Shown piece by piece: positions 9,816 through 19,276 of a stretch of 64,000 nucleotides of DNA (the first letter of the stretch is position 1; each line of letters opens with the position of its first letter). Source of the DNA: a virus; the IMG/VR virus record IMGVR_UViG_3300049893_001204, positions 1 to 64,000 of that record; one strand, given 5' to 3'. The notes under the pieces are model-generated. The model was not told the origin of the DNA, did no database searches, and saw nothing but the letters and a program-made list of their open reading frames with translations. A program made the translations under genes and the position numbers.

Positions 9816-10979
9816 TCAGACGGTACCGTCATCTTGAACGTAGCTGAAGCCAGTGGTCACAAAGTCCTTATTCAGGATTTCAAAACCAGCATACAGCTGC
9901 CAAATGAGGATGATGAAGCGGCTGAAATCGTCGTTGTTGTTGATCAGCACCTGAGCGTTCGGGCCGCCGATACCAACGCCAACAGCTTGTGGACCAAAGA
10001 AGTAACCTTGAGCAACTTCCTTAGAAGCATAGGTGGAGCCACCATCAAAAGATGTGCTCACATTCTTAGTCGGGAAGTTAGTCGACTCAAAGAACTTCAC
10101 GCCTTCAAACTGGACACCAGTCGGCATCACAGGCTCACCAGCGAGGAAGTAAGCCTGACCAGCTTGAGGACCTTGGAAGAAGCTGGAGTTATTAGGCATC
10201 ATGGGGTTACCCATGTACATGCCTTGACCAGGATTACCAGCGTAACGGGCAATCTCACGGAAATCAGGGTCACGACGCAGGTGCATCATGAAGGTAGGAT
10301 CGCAAATGCAGCGATACAGACCATCACCATAGGTGGGGACGTTACGCTTGCGCAGATCCTTAACAACGGTCAGCAGGTCAGTGCGCACAGAGAACTGCTG
10401 CACTTCATTGCCATACTCAGTGCTGGTGTAAGAGATACGACCAGAAGAATCTTTGGTCTTTGCACCAGGGAAGTAGTAGCCACCTTGGCTAGTAGAAGCA
10501 GCGCCATTAGCTTCTGCTTTTGCAATTTCGTCAATGAAGACGCGATCACGCCAGCGGCGATAGTCGTCAAGCAGCGTCAGGCTACCGATCGACTGGTGGA
10601 ACATATTCAGGTTACCGGTGTCCAGCAGCAGACGCTGAGCAGTAACCAGAGTTTCGCGGGCAATCTTGAAGGTGCTGGGTTGAGTCGGGTCACCCGGATC
10701 AGCAGGGCCAGTGTATTCCTTAAGCACCACCAGGACTTTCTCCTTGGTGATGTTACGGCTGTTAGCGGTACCGATGGTTTGGTCGGCAATACGCTCACGG
10801 CTGTCCTTGGTACCAGGAGTAGCCCAGAACTTGTAGCGATCTAACTGAACGGTTTGACCAGGTTGACGAGTGAAGTCATGGACAACCACAGGCTCCACTG
10901 CCATTTCGGCAATATAGGCAGGGTGTGGACGGTAAAGTTCCGCACCAAGAATCTTTGGAAAGTCGGTATCGAGAAACAC
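9816..10979 (-). CDS. Major capsid protein
   Basis: 387 aa, GTG start with GGAGG SD, directly downstream of portal and scaffold; PGQTVQL.RY N-terminal pattern and strong codon bias. Confidence 0.8.
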   Translation of the reverse strand: MFLDTDFPKILGAELYRPHPAYIAEMAVEPVVVHDFTRQPGQTVQLDRYKFWATPGTKDSRERIADQTIGTANSRNITKEKVLVVLKEYTGPADPGDPTQPSTFKIARETLVTAQRLLLDTGNLNMFHQSIGSLTLLDDYRRWRDRVFIDEIAKAEANGAASTSQGGYYFPGAKTKDSSGRISYTSTEYGNEVQQFSVRTDLLTVVKDLRKRNVPTYGDGLYRCICDPTFMMHLRRDPDFREIARYAGNPGQGMYMGNPMMPNNSSFFQGPQAGQAYFLAGEPVMPTGVQFEGVKFFESTNFPTKNVSTSFDGGSTYASKEVAQGYFFGPQAVGVGIGGPNAQVLINNNDDFSRFIILIWQLYAGFEILNKDFVTTGFSYVQDDGTV

Positions 10980-11084
10980 TTTAGTTTATCCTCCAGTGTC
11001 GCAGGAAGTGTTTTTTATCAGGTGAAAGATTCAGACAATTTATGTCTTATCTAACACAAATTTTAGCAGCCGGTAATTTATTTA

Positions 11085-11570
11085 TTACGCGTACTGCATG
11101 GTTGGTGTTTTATACTGAGCACCAGGGGAATTGCTGGAGCCATAGGCCTCAGGATCTACAGCACCACCTTGGACAAAACCTGGTACACCCATCGAACCAG
11201 GAATAGCACCAAGTGCTACGCCACCAAGGCCAGCAGCAAGCGCAGAGACGGGAACAGTGGCGGCAGCTGCAGCTTTGCCAAGACCACGTGGTTGTAACTG
11301 ACCTGCTTTTTCAGCGGCGTTAAGCAATAAGGCTTGCCGCATTCCACCCTCACGGTTTTTAACAGCTGCGTCAAGTAGTTTACCCTGTGTCAAAACAGGA
11401 TCATACTTACCAGCAAGTTGACGAGCGCCAAGTAAACCTGCGGCTCCACCAAGGCCACCAGCAATACCTGCAAGTGCGGCAGAACCTGGATCTTCCCCTT
11501 GAGAAAGGGCGTACCCACCAGTAGCTAAGCCAGCGGCAAGAGGTACGCCATATTTAAGAGCTCCGCGCAT
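11085..11570 (-). CDS. Gly/Ala-rich putative membrane/internal virion protein
   Basis: Hydrophobic glycine-zipper segments. Confidence 0.55.
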   Translation of the reverse strand: MRGALKYGVPLAAGLATGGYALSQGEDPGSAALAGIAGGLGGAAGLLGARQLAGKYDPVLTQGKLLDAAVKNREGGMRQALLLNAAEKAGQLQPRGLGKAAAAATVPVSALAAGLGGVALGAIPGSMGVPGFVQGGAVDPEAYGSSNSPGAQYKTPTMQYA

Positions 11571-11574
11571 GGCA

Positions 11575-12540
11575 TCACTCCATTACAAACAGTTTGTTTG
11601 CCAGGACTTGAGGTTGAGCTTGGTTGATGACACGCCAAGCATTCTGGGGATCACGCTCCATCACTTCGTTAAAAGTGCCCCAGAAGTTTTCAGGCTGCTG
11701 AGGAGCAGCGGCAGCAGGAGGAGCAGGGAATTGACCGAGCTGTGGCTGCTGAACTGCTTGGGTTGGATACCCACGAGTCTCAAGTTGAGTCTCATTCTCG
11801 TACACAGGGTACGGGCCTTCTGGACCAAAGAACTTCAGCGTGTAATCGCTGAGGATATCTGGGTTGGTAAGGATCTCGTTATATGCCAGGTTCTCTTGAT
11901 GTTCGTTGGTAGCGAACTGGGCATAACCTTGGATTGTATTAGCGGCGCGGTTTCCCCACTCGACGGCGCTGTCCAGCATTGCCTCCAGATTCAGGGCGTA
12001 CCCGTTCAGAAGAGCTGGAGCTTCGATCCCGAACGCGTCCATCACCTGACGGCTTTCCTGGCTCATTCCCAGGTAATCCGCGATTTGCTCCAAGGAGGGA
12101 GTCGAGGAGGTTTGGGAAGAGTTGGGCGAGTAATCCTGGCTGGGAGACCAGGTCTGCGTCACCGATTGTTGCGTAGCTGGGCTGCTGACCTGACCGTAAT
12201 TGGCCGGGGTATACGCTGTCGCCGGAGTCGATGGTTGACCCTGGAACGGGGATTGAACTGGAGCGCTCAGCAGGTTCACTACCTTGTTGAACGCCGATTC
12301 CCATGGGTTCGCCTGTGGAGCTTCCGGTTGGGATTGGGGGGCGTACTGAGTAGGGGCTGATTGGTAGCTGGGGGCTGCCTGAGGTACCGCTTGGGGGTAG
12401 CTGGTACCCACCTGATACGCCACTGGAGCCGGCGCTTGTGTCGCCTGGTAGCTGGGGGCTGGTGCCACGTAGCTGCTCGGTGCGACGGCCGCTGGCACTT
12501 GGCTCGTCTGTGGGATCGATTGGACGGTAGCGTCCTGCAT
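11575..12540 (-). CDS. Putative capsid scaffolding protein
   Basis: Q/P/A-rich, AAGGAG SD, lies between portal and capsid. Confidence 0.6.
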   Translation of the reverse strand: MQDATVQSIPQTSQVPAAVAPSSYVAPAPSYQATQAPAPVAYQVGTSYPQAVPQAAPSYQSAPTQYAPQSQPEAPQANPWESAFNKVVNLLSAPVQSPFQGQPSTPATAYTPANYGQVSSPATQQSVTQTWSPSQDYSPNSSQTSSTPSLEQIADYLGMSQESRQVMDAFGIEAPALLNGYALNLEAMLDSAVEWGNRAANTIQGYAQFATNEHQENLAYNEILTNPDILSDYTLKFFGPEGPYPVYENETQLETRGYPTQAVQQPQLGQFPAPPAAAAPQQPENFWGTFNEVMERDPQNAWRVINQAQPQVLANKLFVME

Positions 12541-14290
12541 AACTCATCTCCTTTTGTAGAGCTTCTAAAGTGCGATACAGATATGGGGTTAAATCCAATC
12601 GCGGATCCGCAGCCATCGGTAGATCTGGTGACTGCGGGTGAGGGGTCTGCATCATTCCCCCCACAAGGCTGGCAAATTTAGAGTATGCACCCTGTAGTTC
12701 ACCTACCATCCTGAACGGGAACCCCGATAACATCGCGGCCCGCTCTTCATCCGTTTTTGACGGGAAGAGGTATTTCAGTGCTTCAATGCTATCAACACCT
12801 AACTCCTGCAGGTTGCGTACCACGATGGAGTTATTAAGAATATCTTGAGTTGACTCTTCATAAACAGGACCCAACCAGCGCCAGAGACAAGTAACATCGC
12901 CGTCTGGAATTAAACCAAGAACACCTGGTGGGATTTGTTCTGTCTTTAGACATGCCATCATAAGCTGTTTGACTTTATCTTCAAACATCTTCATGGCGTC
13001 GTTATACATCCGCATATCTTCATCTGTTGATTCCTCTGGTAGTTCCAGGGGGCGCTCAAGTCCTGCAGCTGCAGCAAGCGTTTCTTTAAACAAACGCTCT
13101 TCTTGATAAATAATCAATTCAAGGCAACGACAGATGCCATAGGTATAAATGGCATTTGCTTTCTTCTTGGCTGTAGCGGCAACACGACCAAACAATGATT
13201 TGTATTCAGTTGCAGTTACACCTGCAGAGATGGAAAGTTCATCAACGCCACCAAGTGCAGTACGAATTTCTTCTCGGTATTGACGTGCAAAAGAATTCTG
13301 GTCACCAGTGATTGCATCTGGGACGATGTAACCAACACGATCGTTTGGCTCCAGGTTTGCAATGACTCGTGGCACACGGATCTGGCCATCTACACCACGT
13401 GATACCGGATCTGATTTGAAGCGAGATTGAGATAAAGCTCCCATCCCAGTGAAGCCAGAGTTTGCTGCAATGGAAGGGCGTTGAACAACGGAATCACCAC
13501 CTGCTTCCATCAGGTCTGTCTTAGGCCTGGAAGAAAGAAGGGTCGGATTACCAAAGAATTGTACATTCTTACGCATGGTACGAACCATTTCATCATGCGT
13601 ACAAATGTGATTAGCAAGTGCGTCAAATTCACCCGTACCTTCTGTCGAGAAACCTTTGGGATTGTTAAAGATTTCAACGCAGGGAATGTATCCGAGTGTG
13701 TTTTTAAAAGTCTTTGTTTTACCAGTGGCTACTTGATAGTTTGTATCGAATGAAATCTCACCTTCTGAATGAGTTTCTTCAATTGTTTTACGCTTGATGG
13801 AAAGACGGATGTAGCGTTTAGCACCCCTTTGACCCATCATTTGTGGACCAGTAAGACTTGAGTTATCAATGTCCTGCTGGTAACCAAACCCTTGACGTAC
13901 GCGATAGCTGTAAATGATTACAACTTCATCAAGCTCGCCATCAACGTTGTAAAAGCTACGATATTCATGCTTACGAAAGTAATAAAGACGATAGTTATTT
14001 TGTGTGGGACGAACATAAAAGATACCCTGGCCATCACAAAGGAAGTAGTCCCAGATGGAATCTAAGCGTGTATCAATTTGATTGTATTTGAGTACACGAT
14101 CAATAAAGTCTTTGCGTTGATTGCCGAAGTTGTCTTGAGATGGAAAGAACTCAACCCCTTGGCGAATACCAAAGAGTTTCATTTGGGCAAGATGAGACGC
14201 AACAATGCCAGTATCAATTGCAGCCCCACCGTCCTTTTCAAGGTAGGAGTCAACAATTTCTTTAAGTCGAGATTTAGCGTCGCCAGCCAT
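11939..14290 (-). CDS. Putative portal protein with a C-terminal extension overlapping the scaffold gene
   Basis: About 580-aa globular part between terminase and scaffold, plus a 200-aa G/S/P-rich tail in an alternate frame of the scaffold gene. Confidence 0.65.
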   Translation of the reverse strand: MAGDAKSRLKEIVDSYLEKDGGAAIDTGIVASHLAQMKLFGIRQGVEFFPSQDNFGNQRKDFIDRVLKYNQIDTRLDSIWDYFLCDGQGIFYVRPTQNNYRLYYFRKHEYRSFYNVDGELDEVVIIYSYRVRQGFGYQQDIDNSSLTGPQMMGQRGAKRYIRLSIKRKTIEETHSEGEISFDTNYQVATGKTKTFKNTLGYIPCVEIFNNPKGFSTEGTGEFDALANHICTHDEMVRTMRKNVQFFGNPTLLSSRPKTDLMEAGGDSVVQRPSIAANSGFTGMGALSQSRFKSDPVSRGVDGQIRVPRVIANLEPNDRVGYIVPDAITGDQNSFARQYREEIRTALGGVDELSISAGVTATEYKSLFGRVAATAKKKANAIYTYGICRCLELIIYQEERLFKETLAAAAGLERPLELPEESTDEDMRMYNDAMKMFEDKVKQLMMACLKTEQIPPGVLGLIPDGDVTCLWRWLGPVYEESTQDILNNSIVVRNLQELGVDSIEALKYLFPSKTDEERAAMLSGFPFRMVGELQGAYSKFASLVGGMMQTPHPQSPDLPMAADPRLDLTPYLYRTLEALQKEMSYAGRYRPIDPTDEPSASGRRTEQLRGTSPQLPGDTSAGSSGVSGGYQLPPSGTSGSPQLPISPYSVRPPIPTGSSTGEPMGIGVQQGSEPAERSSSIPVPGSTIDSGDSVYPGQLRSGQQPSYATIGDADLVSQPGLLAQLFPNLLDSLLGANRGLPGNEPGKPSGDGRVRDRSSSSSERVRPESGGNAGQRRRVGKPRR

Positions 14291-14320
14291 TATTGGTGCC
14301 TTTTATTAAATACTAGCAAA

Positions 14321-14527
14321 TTAAAAGACGGATTTACCAGTGAATCCACCTGGAATATTTTGAGATGCTACGCCCGCAACATTACCTACTCCTACAACAA
14401 AAGGACTTGGTGGAGCACCATAGCAAACTTGGCAGGGAGTTGGTGTCACCATAAGATTGCTACGAGTGAACAAATTACCTGGGGCACCAGGGACGTTTAC
14501 TTCTCCGCCGTATCGCATGGCTATCAA
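14321..14527 (-). CDS. Hypothetical protein
   Basis: Fills the gap between the AbrB-like gene and the portal gene. Confidence 0.45.
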   Translation of the reverse strand: MIAMRYGGEVNVPGAPGNLFTRSNLMVTPTPCQVCYGAPPSPFVVGVGNVAGVASQNIPGGFTGKSVF

Positions 14528-14541
14528 TGCTTTTTTGTATT

Positions 14542-14724
14542 CTACTCTTCTATGACTTCGTAGCCGTCAGCTGCATTCAACTTAGAAAGGATGATGCCAT
14601 TACCCTTGATATTCCATTCAAGTAAGTCTCCTTCTTTCCAGCCAACTTCTTCAAGGAGTTCATCTGGTAACTCGATGAAACAGTCACCGTTATCGGCTTC
14701 CTGTACTTCGATGATGTAGCTCAT
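14542..14724 (-). CDS. AbrB/MazE/SpoVT-like DNA-binding protein
   Basis: FIELPDELLEEVGWKEGDLLEW...IILSK. Confidence 0.75.
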   Translation of the reverse strand: MSYIIEVQEADNGDCFIELPDELLEEVGWKEGDLLEWNIKGNGIILSKLNAADGYEVIEE

Positions 14725-15014
14725 TTTGCTAAAAGCTTTTCAATAAGCTTATCAAGCTTATTGTTAATTTCACGAAAGTTATCATGCATTTCTTGAATTT
14801 CCCTTAAGAAGTCCACCTTAAGGACATAGTCCAAAGGCATGCGATTAATCTGCTCTTCCAAGGAATCAATCCTACGTTTTTGAGAGGACGTATAACTAAG
14901 ACTTTGCTGGATTTTTTCAGTATGCCTCTGAAGAATCTTGTTAGCTACCCAGGTACCAGCACCTGCTGCTGGCACTGCAATAGCAACAAGGATTGCTAGG
15001 TACTCTGGTCCCAC
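14721..15014 (-). CDS. Membrane-anchored coiled-coil protein (holin-like?)
   Basis: N-terminal TM helix, then YVLKVDF...INNKLDKL. Confidence 0.5.
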   Translation of the reverse strand: MGPEYLAILVAIAVPAAGAGTWVANKILQRHTEKIQQSLSYTSSQKRRIDSLEEQINRMPLDYVLKVDFLREIQEMHDNFREINNKLDKLIEKLLAK

Positions 15015-15042
15015 CGCACTAAACTTTTCTTTTTATTCTAAA

Positions 15043-16569
15043 TCAATAATCCAGATGTAGTTGCCCTTTACGTGCAAGACCATTTACAAGCCAGACCAAA
15101 GCATCAACACAATCGTCGTGACTACTGATGCCAAAGTTAGTCAGCTCTTCAAACATGGTTGTGAAGTTGCGGAAACGATTGAAGATAATCTTGCGATCTT
15201 CAAACATGCCCATGATTCCACGGAAGCGAGCAAGTTTATCTGCTCGGAATCCTTTAACAGGATGCCAGATCAAGTTGTAGAGAGCTTCATTGTTTAGACA
15301 TACACGCTTGAAATCAGCTTCTAGTGATGCTTGGTATTGGACAGCTTCACTCCAGATGTCGCAAGTTGAATGAGTCGGAAAGTAATTGCCGTTATCATCG
15401 CGACCGAGAATAGACCAATCATTAAGCAATTCTTTAAGAGCGTCAAGCTTCTCCAAGTTACCCATGACACGCAGGCGCCTGTAGTCAATGATGTGGATAC
15501 GATCACCGATGCGGCCGCCCAAGACCATCACCGTATAGTCATTCTTCTCCTTGGTCCCAGCTGAGAGGTCAATACCAACACCAATAGTGTCGAATTCAGT
15601 TGAGATCTCTGCCTTAACCAACAGTTCTGGCGCCAGGGACAACTCGTTCTGTCTGACGACTTGATTCATGTACTGGAAAGAAAAAGCAATAGGTGCTTGC
15701 CTTTTCTTTTCTTTCAAGTAATCCAATGACCACATCTCAGGCCAATAGGAGTATTCATCGCCTGTTACAGGATCTGTCTGGATAGCAGAGAGTACAATCT
15801 GACGCCAGTTGTTTTGTTCGTTGAATGTGGTGGAGTGAATGTCATCATGCCTAAAGCGTGTGCCAAGACAGATTGCTCGTCCACCTTCAAACATGGTGGG
15901 AGCAATCACAGCATTCCAGTTATCTTGCATCTGTTTGCGGATATCTGGATTAGAAATATCTGCAGCAGATTTAATGGCGTCATCGATGATGACTAGATGA
16001 CTACGTTTAGATGTCACCGAACCTTTAAGGCCTGCAGCACAAAGCGTAAATTGCTCATCACCCGTGGTATCAATACCAGCAAACTTATGGTCAATAGACC
16101 AATACTCATTACTGTTTACATTCTTAAGAAGGCGAACAGTAGGAAATACTTCTTGGTATCGCTTGCTTTCAATGATGCGCTTGATTGTTGCCGACTTAGA
16201 GCGAGCAATATCAACCGTATAGGAAAGATAAAGAATCTGCAGAGGCTTCTTGGCAATGGTATGGATGCCGATAGCCCATGCCGTAAACAAACCTAAGATT
16301 GTGGACTTGGCTGAACCGCGTGGTGCCAAGAGATCAATGTTGGGTCCAGCAATATGTAGCAGACAGCTACTGTCTTCTTTCGTTACGAAGTGGCGATTCC
16401 ATTCTTTATGATGTGTAGCCGGTGGTTTATCTGCTACATACTCACAGAAGAAACCAAAGTCTTTTTGTGCCTTGGTGATGTTTTCTGCGTTACGTGGCTT
16501 ACGAATTTGTTGCCGCATGACAGCGGCCTTCGCGTTACGGCGGTAAGCAAGATGGGTATAGCTGGGCAC
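15043..16569 (-). CDS. terL: Terminase large subunit
   Basis: Walker A APRGSAKS, Walker B VIIDD, GTRF coupling motif, GIDLS and HDDCVDA nuclease motifs. Confidence 0.92.
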   Translation of the reverse strand: MPSYTHLAYRRNAKAAVMRQQIRKPRNAENITKAQKDFGFFCEYVADKPPATHHKEWNRHFVTKEDSSCLLHIAGPNIDLLAPRGSAKSTILGLFTAWAIGIHTIAKKPLQILYLSYTVDIARSKSATIKRIIESKRYQEVFPTVRLLKNVNSNEYWSIDHKFAGIDTTGDEQFTLCAAGLKGSVTSKRSHLVIIDDAIKSAADISNPDIRKQMQDNWNAVIAPTMFEGGRAICLGTRFRHDDIHSTTFNEQNNWRQIVLSAIQTDPVTGDEYSYWPEMWSLDYLKEKKRQAPIAFSFQYMNQVVRQNELSLAPELLVKAEISTEFDTIGVGIDLSAGTKEKNDYTVMVLGGRIGDRIHIIDYRRLRVMGNLEKLDALKELLNDWSILGRDDNGNYFPTHSTCDIWSEAVQYQASLEADFKRVCLNNEALYNLIWHPVKGFRADKLARFRGIMGMFEDRKIIFNRFRNFTTMFEELTNFGISSHDDCVDALVWLVNGLARKGQLHLDY

Positions 16570-16600
16570 AACAAAAGATCAGACGTACTTTAATAGTACG

Positions 16601-16759
16601 TCACTTTTTAGCTTTTTGCTTTTGATCTTTATATTTACGTGCTTTATCTAAGGCAGCTTTACGCTTTTCTTTATCTGACATCTCAGAACCATCCTCTTTC
16701 TTAGCTTCTTTTTTCTTGAGGTACTCAAGAAACTGAGGAGGCATTTTACCTTTGGCCAT
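16601..16759 (-). CDS. Small Lys-rich protein (52 aa)
   Basis: MAKGKMPPQFLEYLKKKEAKK...; has its own TAGAAT at 16793-16798; below the ORF-track cutoff. Confidence 0.6.
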   Translation of the reverse strand: MAKGKMPPQFLEYLKKKEAKKEDGSEMSDKEKRKAALDKARKYKDQKQKAKK

Positions 16760-16807
16760 AAGAATATCTGGTTTAGATCCAGGGATTGTTCAATTCTACT
16801 ACGTTAT

Positions 16808-17425
16808 TTACTCTTCCATTTGCATGCGTGCCCACACACTCATGGCAGCTTCTTCCAATGCAATCTCCATCGGGTCATCTTTAAAGACAAGAAGAAGCTC
16901 ACGAATAGCACGATCAGCACCAGACATCAGGAGTCCTTTGCGATCACGATTTGACATGAAACGATCTAATTGATCGATGTGTCCACGAAGCTCACGTTGT
17001 ACGTTAGCGATGCGTGCAACACCTGCATCACGTTTGACAACAGTTTCTTCAATGGCTGTACGTAGCTTACGGATGTCCTCCTGCATCTCATCAATTTCAG
17101 ACAGGAGTTTCTTGCGCTGATCAGGCTTTGGGTAATTGGTATTGACCCAAAGTTCACACGCAGTAATAGGACCCTTGTAACCAAGGAACCTGGCATAGAT
17201 ATAGATCTCAATGACAGAGTTTACATCTGCGGCAAAACCACAGAATGAATCTTGGGTTGATGCATCAAGATTATCAACCCAATAATCAAAGAGCTCAATA
17301 TCGATATGCTCGTTGGGCCTGATTGTAGTCTCGTTCTTCGTCTTTTTGCTTGAACTGCTGGGCTTGTTCAGCAGAGGTACGTTGTTCTTCTGCGCCCTTG
17401 CCGATGGTTTCACGTTCTTGCTCAC
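16808..17425 (-). CDS. Putative terminase small subunit (start uncertain)
   Basis: Helical/coiled-coil protein upstream of terL; only a GTG start is available, and it overlaps the upstream ORF. Confidence 0.4.
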   Translation of the reverse strand: MSKNVKPSARAQKNNVPLLNKPSSSSKKTKNETTIRPNEHIDIELFDYWVDNLDASTQDSFCGFAADVNSVIEIYIYARFLGYKGPITACELWVNTNYPKPDQRKKLLSEIDEMQEDIRKLRTAIEETVVKRDAGVARIANVQRELRGHIDQLDRFMSNRDRKGLLMSGADRAIRELLLVFKDDPMEIALEEAAMSVWARMQMEE

Positions 17426-17543
17426 CAGCAGTCTCCATTTTCTTTTTAGAGAATTCGTAAGCCACGCCAGCAGCCTGGCGGTATTTGTCTAGATCAAACC
17501 AGTCATCGGCATCGGTTTGACCCGCCGGTACGCTAGAAGTCAT
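17295..17543 (-). CDS. Small virion-type protein, paralogous N-terminus
   Basis: MTSSVPAGQTDADDWFDLDKY. Confidence 0.65.
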   Translation of the reverse strand: MTSSVPAGQTDADDWFDLDKYRQAAGVAYEFSKKKMETAGEQERETIGKGAEEQRTSAEQAQQFKQKDEERDYNQAQRAYRY

Positions 17544-17569
17544 GGCTTAAGAAATTATAGAGGAATGGA

Positions 17570-17746
17570 TCAGAAGTTGCCCATCATGCTGGCAAGACCC
17601 TGAGCAAAGATGTCACGGCGACCTTCAGTGGACTTTTGACGCTGTTGACGACCTTTAGAGGCTTCCAGGCGATTGAGAAGCTGCTCAAACTTATTGATAT
17701 CAAAATAGTCGTCAGCTTCAGTTTGGCCAGCAGGAGTAGTAGTCAT
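17570..17746 (-). CDS. Small virion-type protein (58 aa), paralogous N-terminus
   Basis: MTTTPAGQTEADDYFDINKF...; TGCTATAAT upstream; not in the ORF track. Confidence 0.7.
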   Translation of the reverse strand: MTTTPAGQTEADDYFDINKFEQLLNRLEASKGRQQRQKSTEGRRDIFAQGLASMMGNF

Positions 17747-17788
17747 TTATTTAGATGTTGACTCTTAAGTAATTATAGCAATTGATAC

Positions 17789-18682
17789 TTAGGACCAGAA
17801 GCCGGAGACAAGATTGGAATAGACATTGCCCATGGCACCAATCTTAGCAACTTCTTTAGTGCCTTCATTTTTTAACTTCTGTGTTTCTTTATCAATTTCT
17901 CCTTGGAGGTTAGTCAAACCTGCACTGTAAAGATACTGTCTGGTATCGCGAATATTTTGTGTCTGTTCTTCCAGCTCTGCCGGAGTCCCTTCAAACTGAT
18001 CTTTGAAATCTGGAATAGTAATTCCAGTACGTTGTTGAGTTGCTGCTGTGTAAGTGGGCAGTAAGCTCTTATCAAATTTGAAAGTACGTTTACCTGTTTT
18101 CTCACCAGCTGCATCAGTAAGCTGTTTGCCGTACTGAGTGTCGTAATAGTTATCAAGATAGCTTTGATTAAACTTCTTTTGATATTCAGGACTACGAGTA
18201 AGAGCGTCTCTCAGATCTTCATTGGTTTGATAATAGCCCTGGTTAAAACGCTCTTGTGCTTTTGAAAGTTCCTCAGGCGTGGCTTGACGGCCAAGAATTT
18301 CCTCATAAGCAGCAGAAACAGCGGTACCCCTTCGGCCTGGAAGCAACTCTTGTGTATAGATATTTGTAAGAGAAGAAACATCTTGCTCTGGTGGTGCTAG
18401 ATCATATTTTGCAGCATAGTCACGAAGTTGAGATGTGGCATCGCCATAGCTGATGAGCCCTTGTCGCAGCTGTGCTTCAATGCCACTACGAAGACCTGAA
18501 TAACCGGCAGCGCCAGCGGCTGTACGTGCGCTTTCTTTTGCTTTTGCTTCTGCTTCTTGAGCCGCAGCTTTAGCTTCTAGTGCCTGTTCGCGTTGCTGTT
18601 GATATGCAAGATAGTTTTTAAAACTATCATCACGCTCAATAGGAGGTGCTTTGTATTCAACGCGTGTGCCACCGCCACCCAT
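17789..18682 (-). CDS. Putative internal virion/ejection protein
   Basis: MGGGG start, Q/A/Y-rich helical protein. Confidence 0.55.
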   Translation of the reverse strand: MGGGGTRVEYKAPPIERDDSFKNYLAYQQQREQALEAKAAAQEAEAKAKESARTAAGAAGYSGLRSGIEAQLRQGLISYGDATSQLRDYAAKYDLAPPEQDVSSLTNIYTQELLPGRRGTAVSAAYEEILGRQATPEELSKAQERFNQGYYQTNEDLRDALTRSPEYQKKFNQSYLDNYYDTQYGKQLTDAAGEKTGKRTFKFDKSLLPTYTAATQQRTGITIPDFKDQFEGTPAELEEQTQNIRDTRQYLYSAGLTNLQGEIDKETQKLKNEGTKEVAKIGAMGNVYSNLVSGFWS

Positions 18683-18692
18683 GATTTAACTC

Positions 18693-19244
18693 CTAGCTTG
18701 TAAAACGTCGAGAGAATGCAGTCGGACCAAAGGCTGCTTCCATAGGTGCAGCAACATCAAAACCTTTTCTACGCTTGTAATCCAACAGGTTTTGAAACAT
18801 CTCTTCTTTTGCTTTTGGATTAGTGCGTAATTCTTGACCCCTTTTTGCAACATCATATTGAAACTCAACTGCTTTAGGGTTAAAGATGTTTGCCTGCTCC
18901 ATGGCAGCCGTACGTTGTCTGCCTTGTTCAAGATTAGCAAACAAATCAGAAAAATTACGACCTGCTAAGTTTTCTCCTGATTGCGCATATAAACCTGTAA
19001 TTTGATTTGCCGTGTTTTGTCGTGTAGCCCAGTCAGCAGCTGCCAACTGAGCTTCCATCGCGCTTCTTTGAAACTCACGCTGCTTAGCTGCCTCTCTTAG
19101 TTGAAAAGGCATCCCAATAGCACCAAGGATGGCACCAGGTAAGGCCGCGCCTAAACCGCCGCCAAAACCTTCGCCAAATGCAGCACCAAAGCTAAGAGGA
19201 GTAGCGCGAGAGTTAAGAAGAGAAGATAAATCAGTCGCAGCCAT
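18693..19244 (-). CDS. Putative DNA-pilot/ejection-like protein
   Basis: Gly-rich hydrophobic N-terminus followed by a Q/A-rich coiled coil. Confidence 0.5.
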   Translation of the reverse strand: MAATDLSSLLNSRATPLSFGAAFGEGFGGGLGAALPGAILGAIGMPFQLREAAKQREFQRSAMEAQLAAADWATRQNTANQITGLYAQSGENLAGRNFSDLFANLEQGRQRTAAMEQANIFNPKAVEFQYDVAKRGQELRTNPKAKEEMFQNLLDYKRRKGFDVAAPMEAAFGPTAFSRRFTS

Positions 19245-19276
19245 ATAACTTCTATGTTTAAATTATTCTACTATGT

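Noticed and set aside
9040-10844. Long plus-strand ORFs 9040-9795 and 9834-10844
   Set aside because: Antisense shadows of the capsid genes, explained by avoidance of TTA/CTA/TCA codons; no motifs.
11569-12681. Plus-strand ORFs opposite the scaffold/portal overlap
   Set aside because: GC-rich antisense frames with no expression signals.
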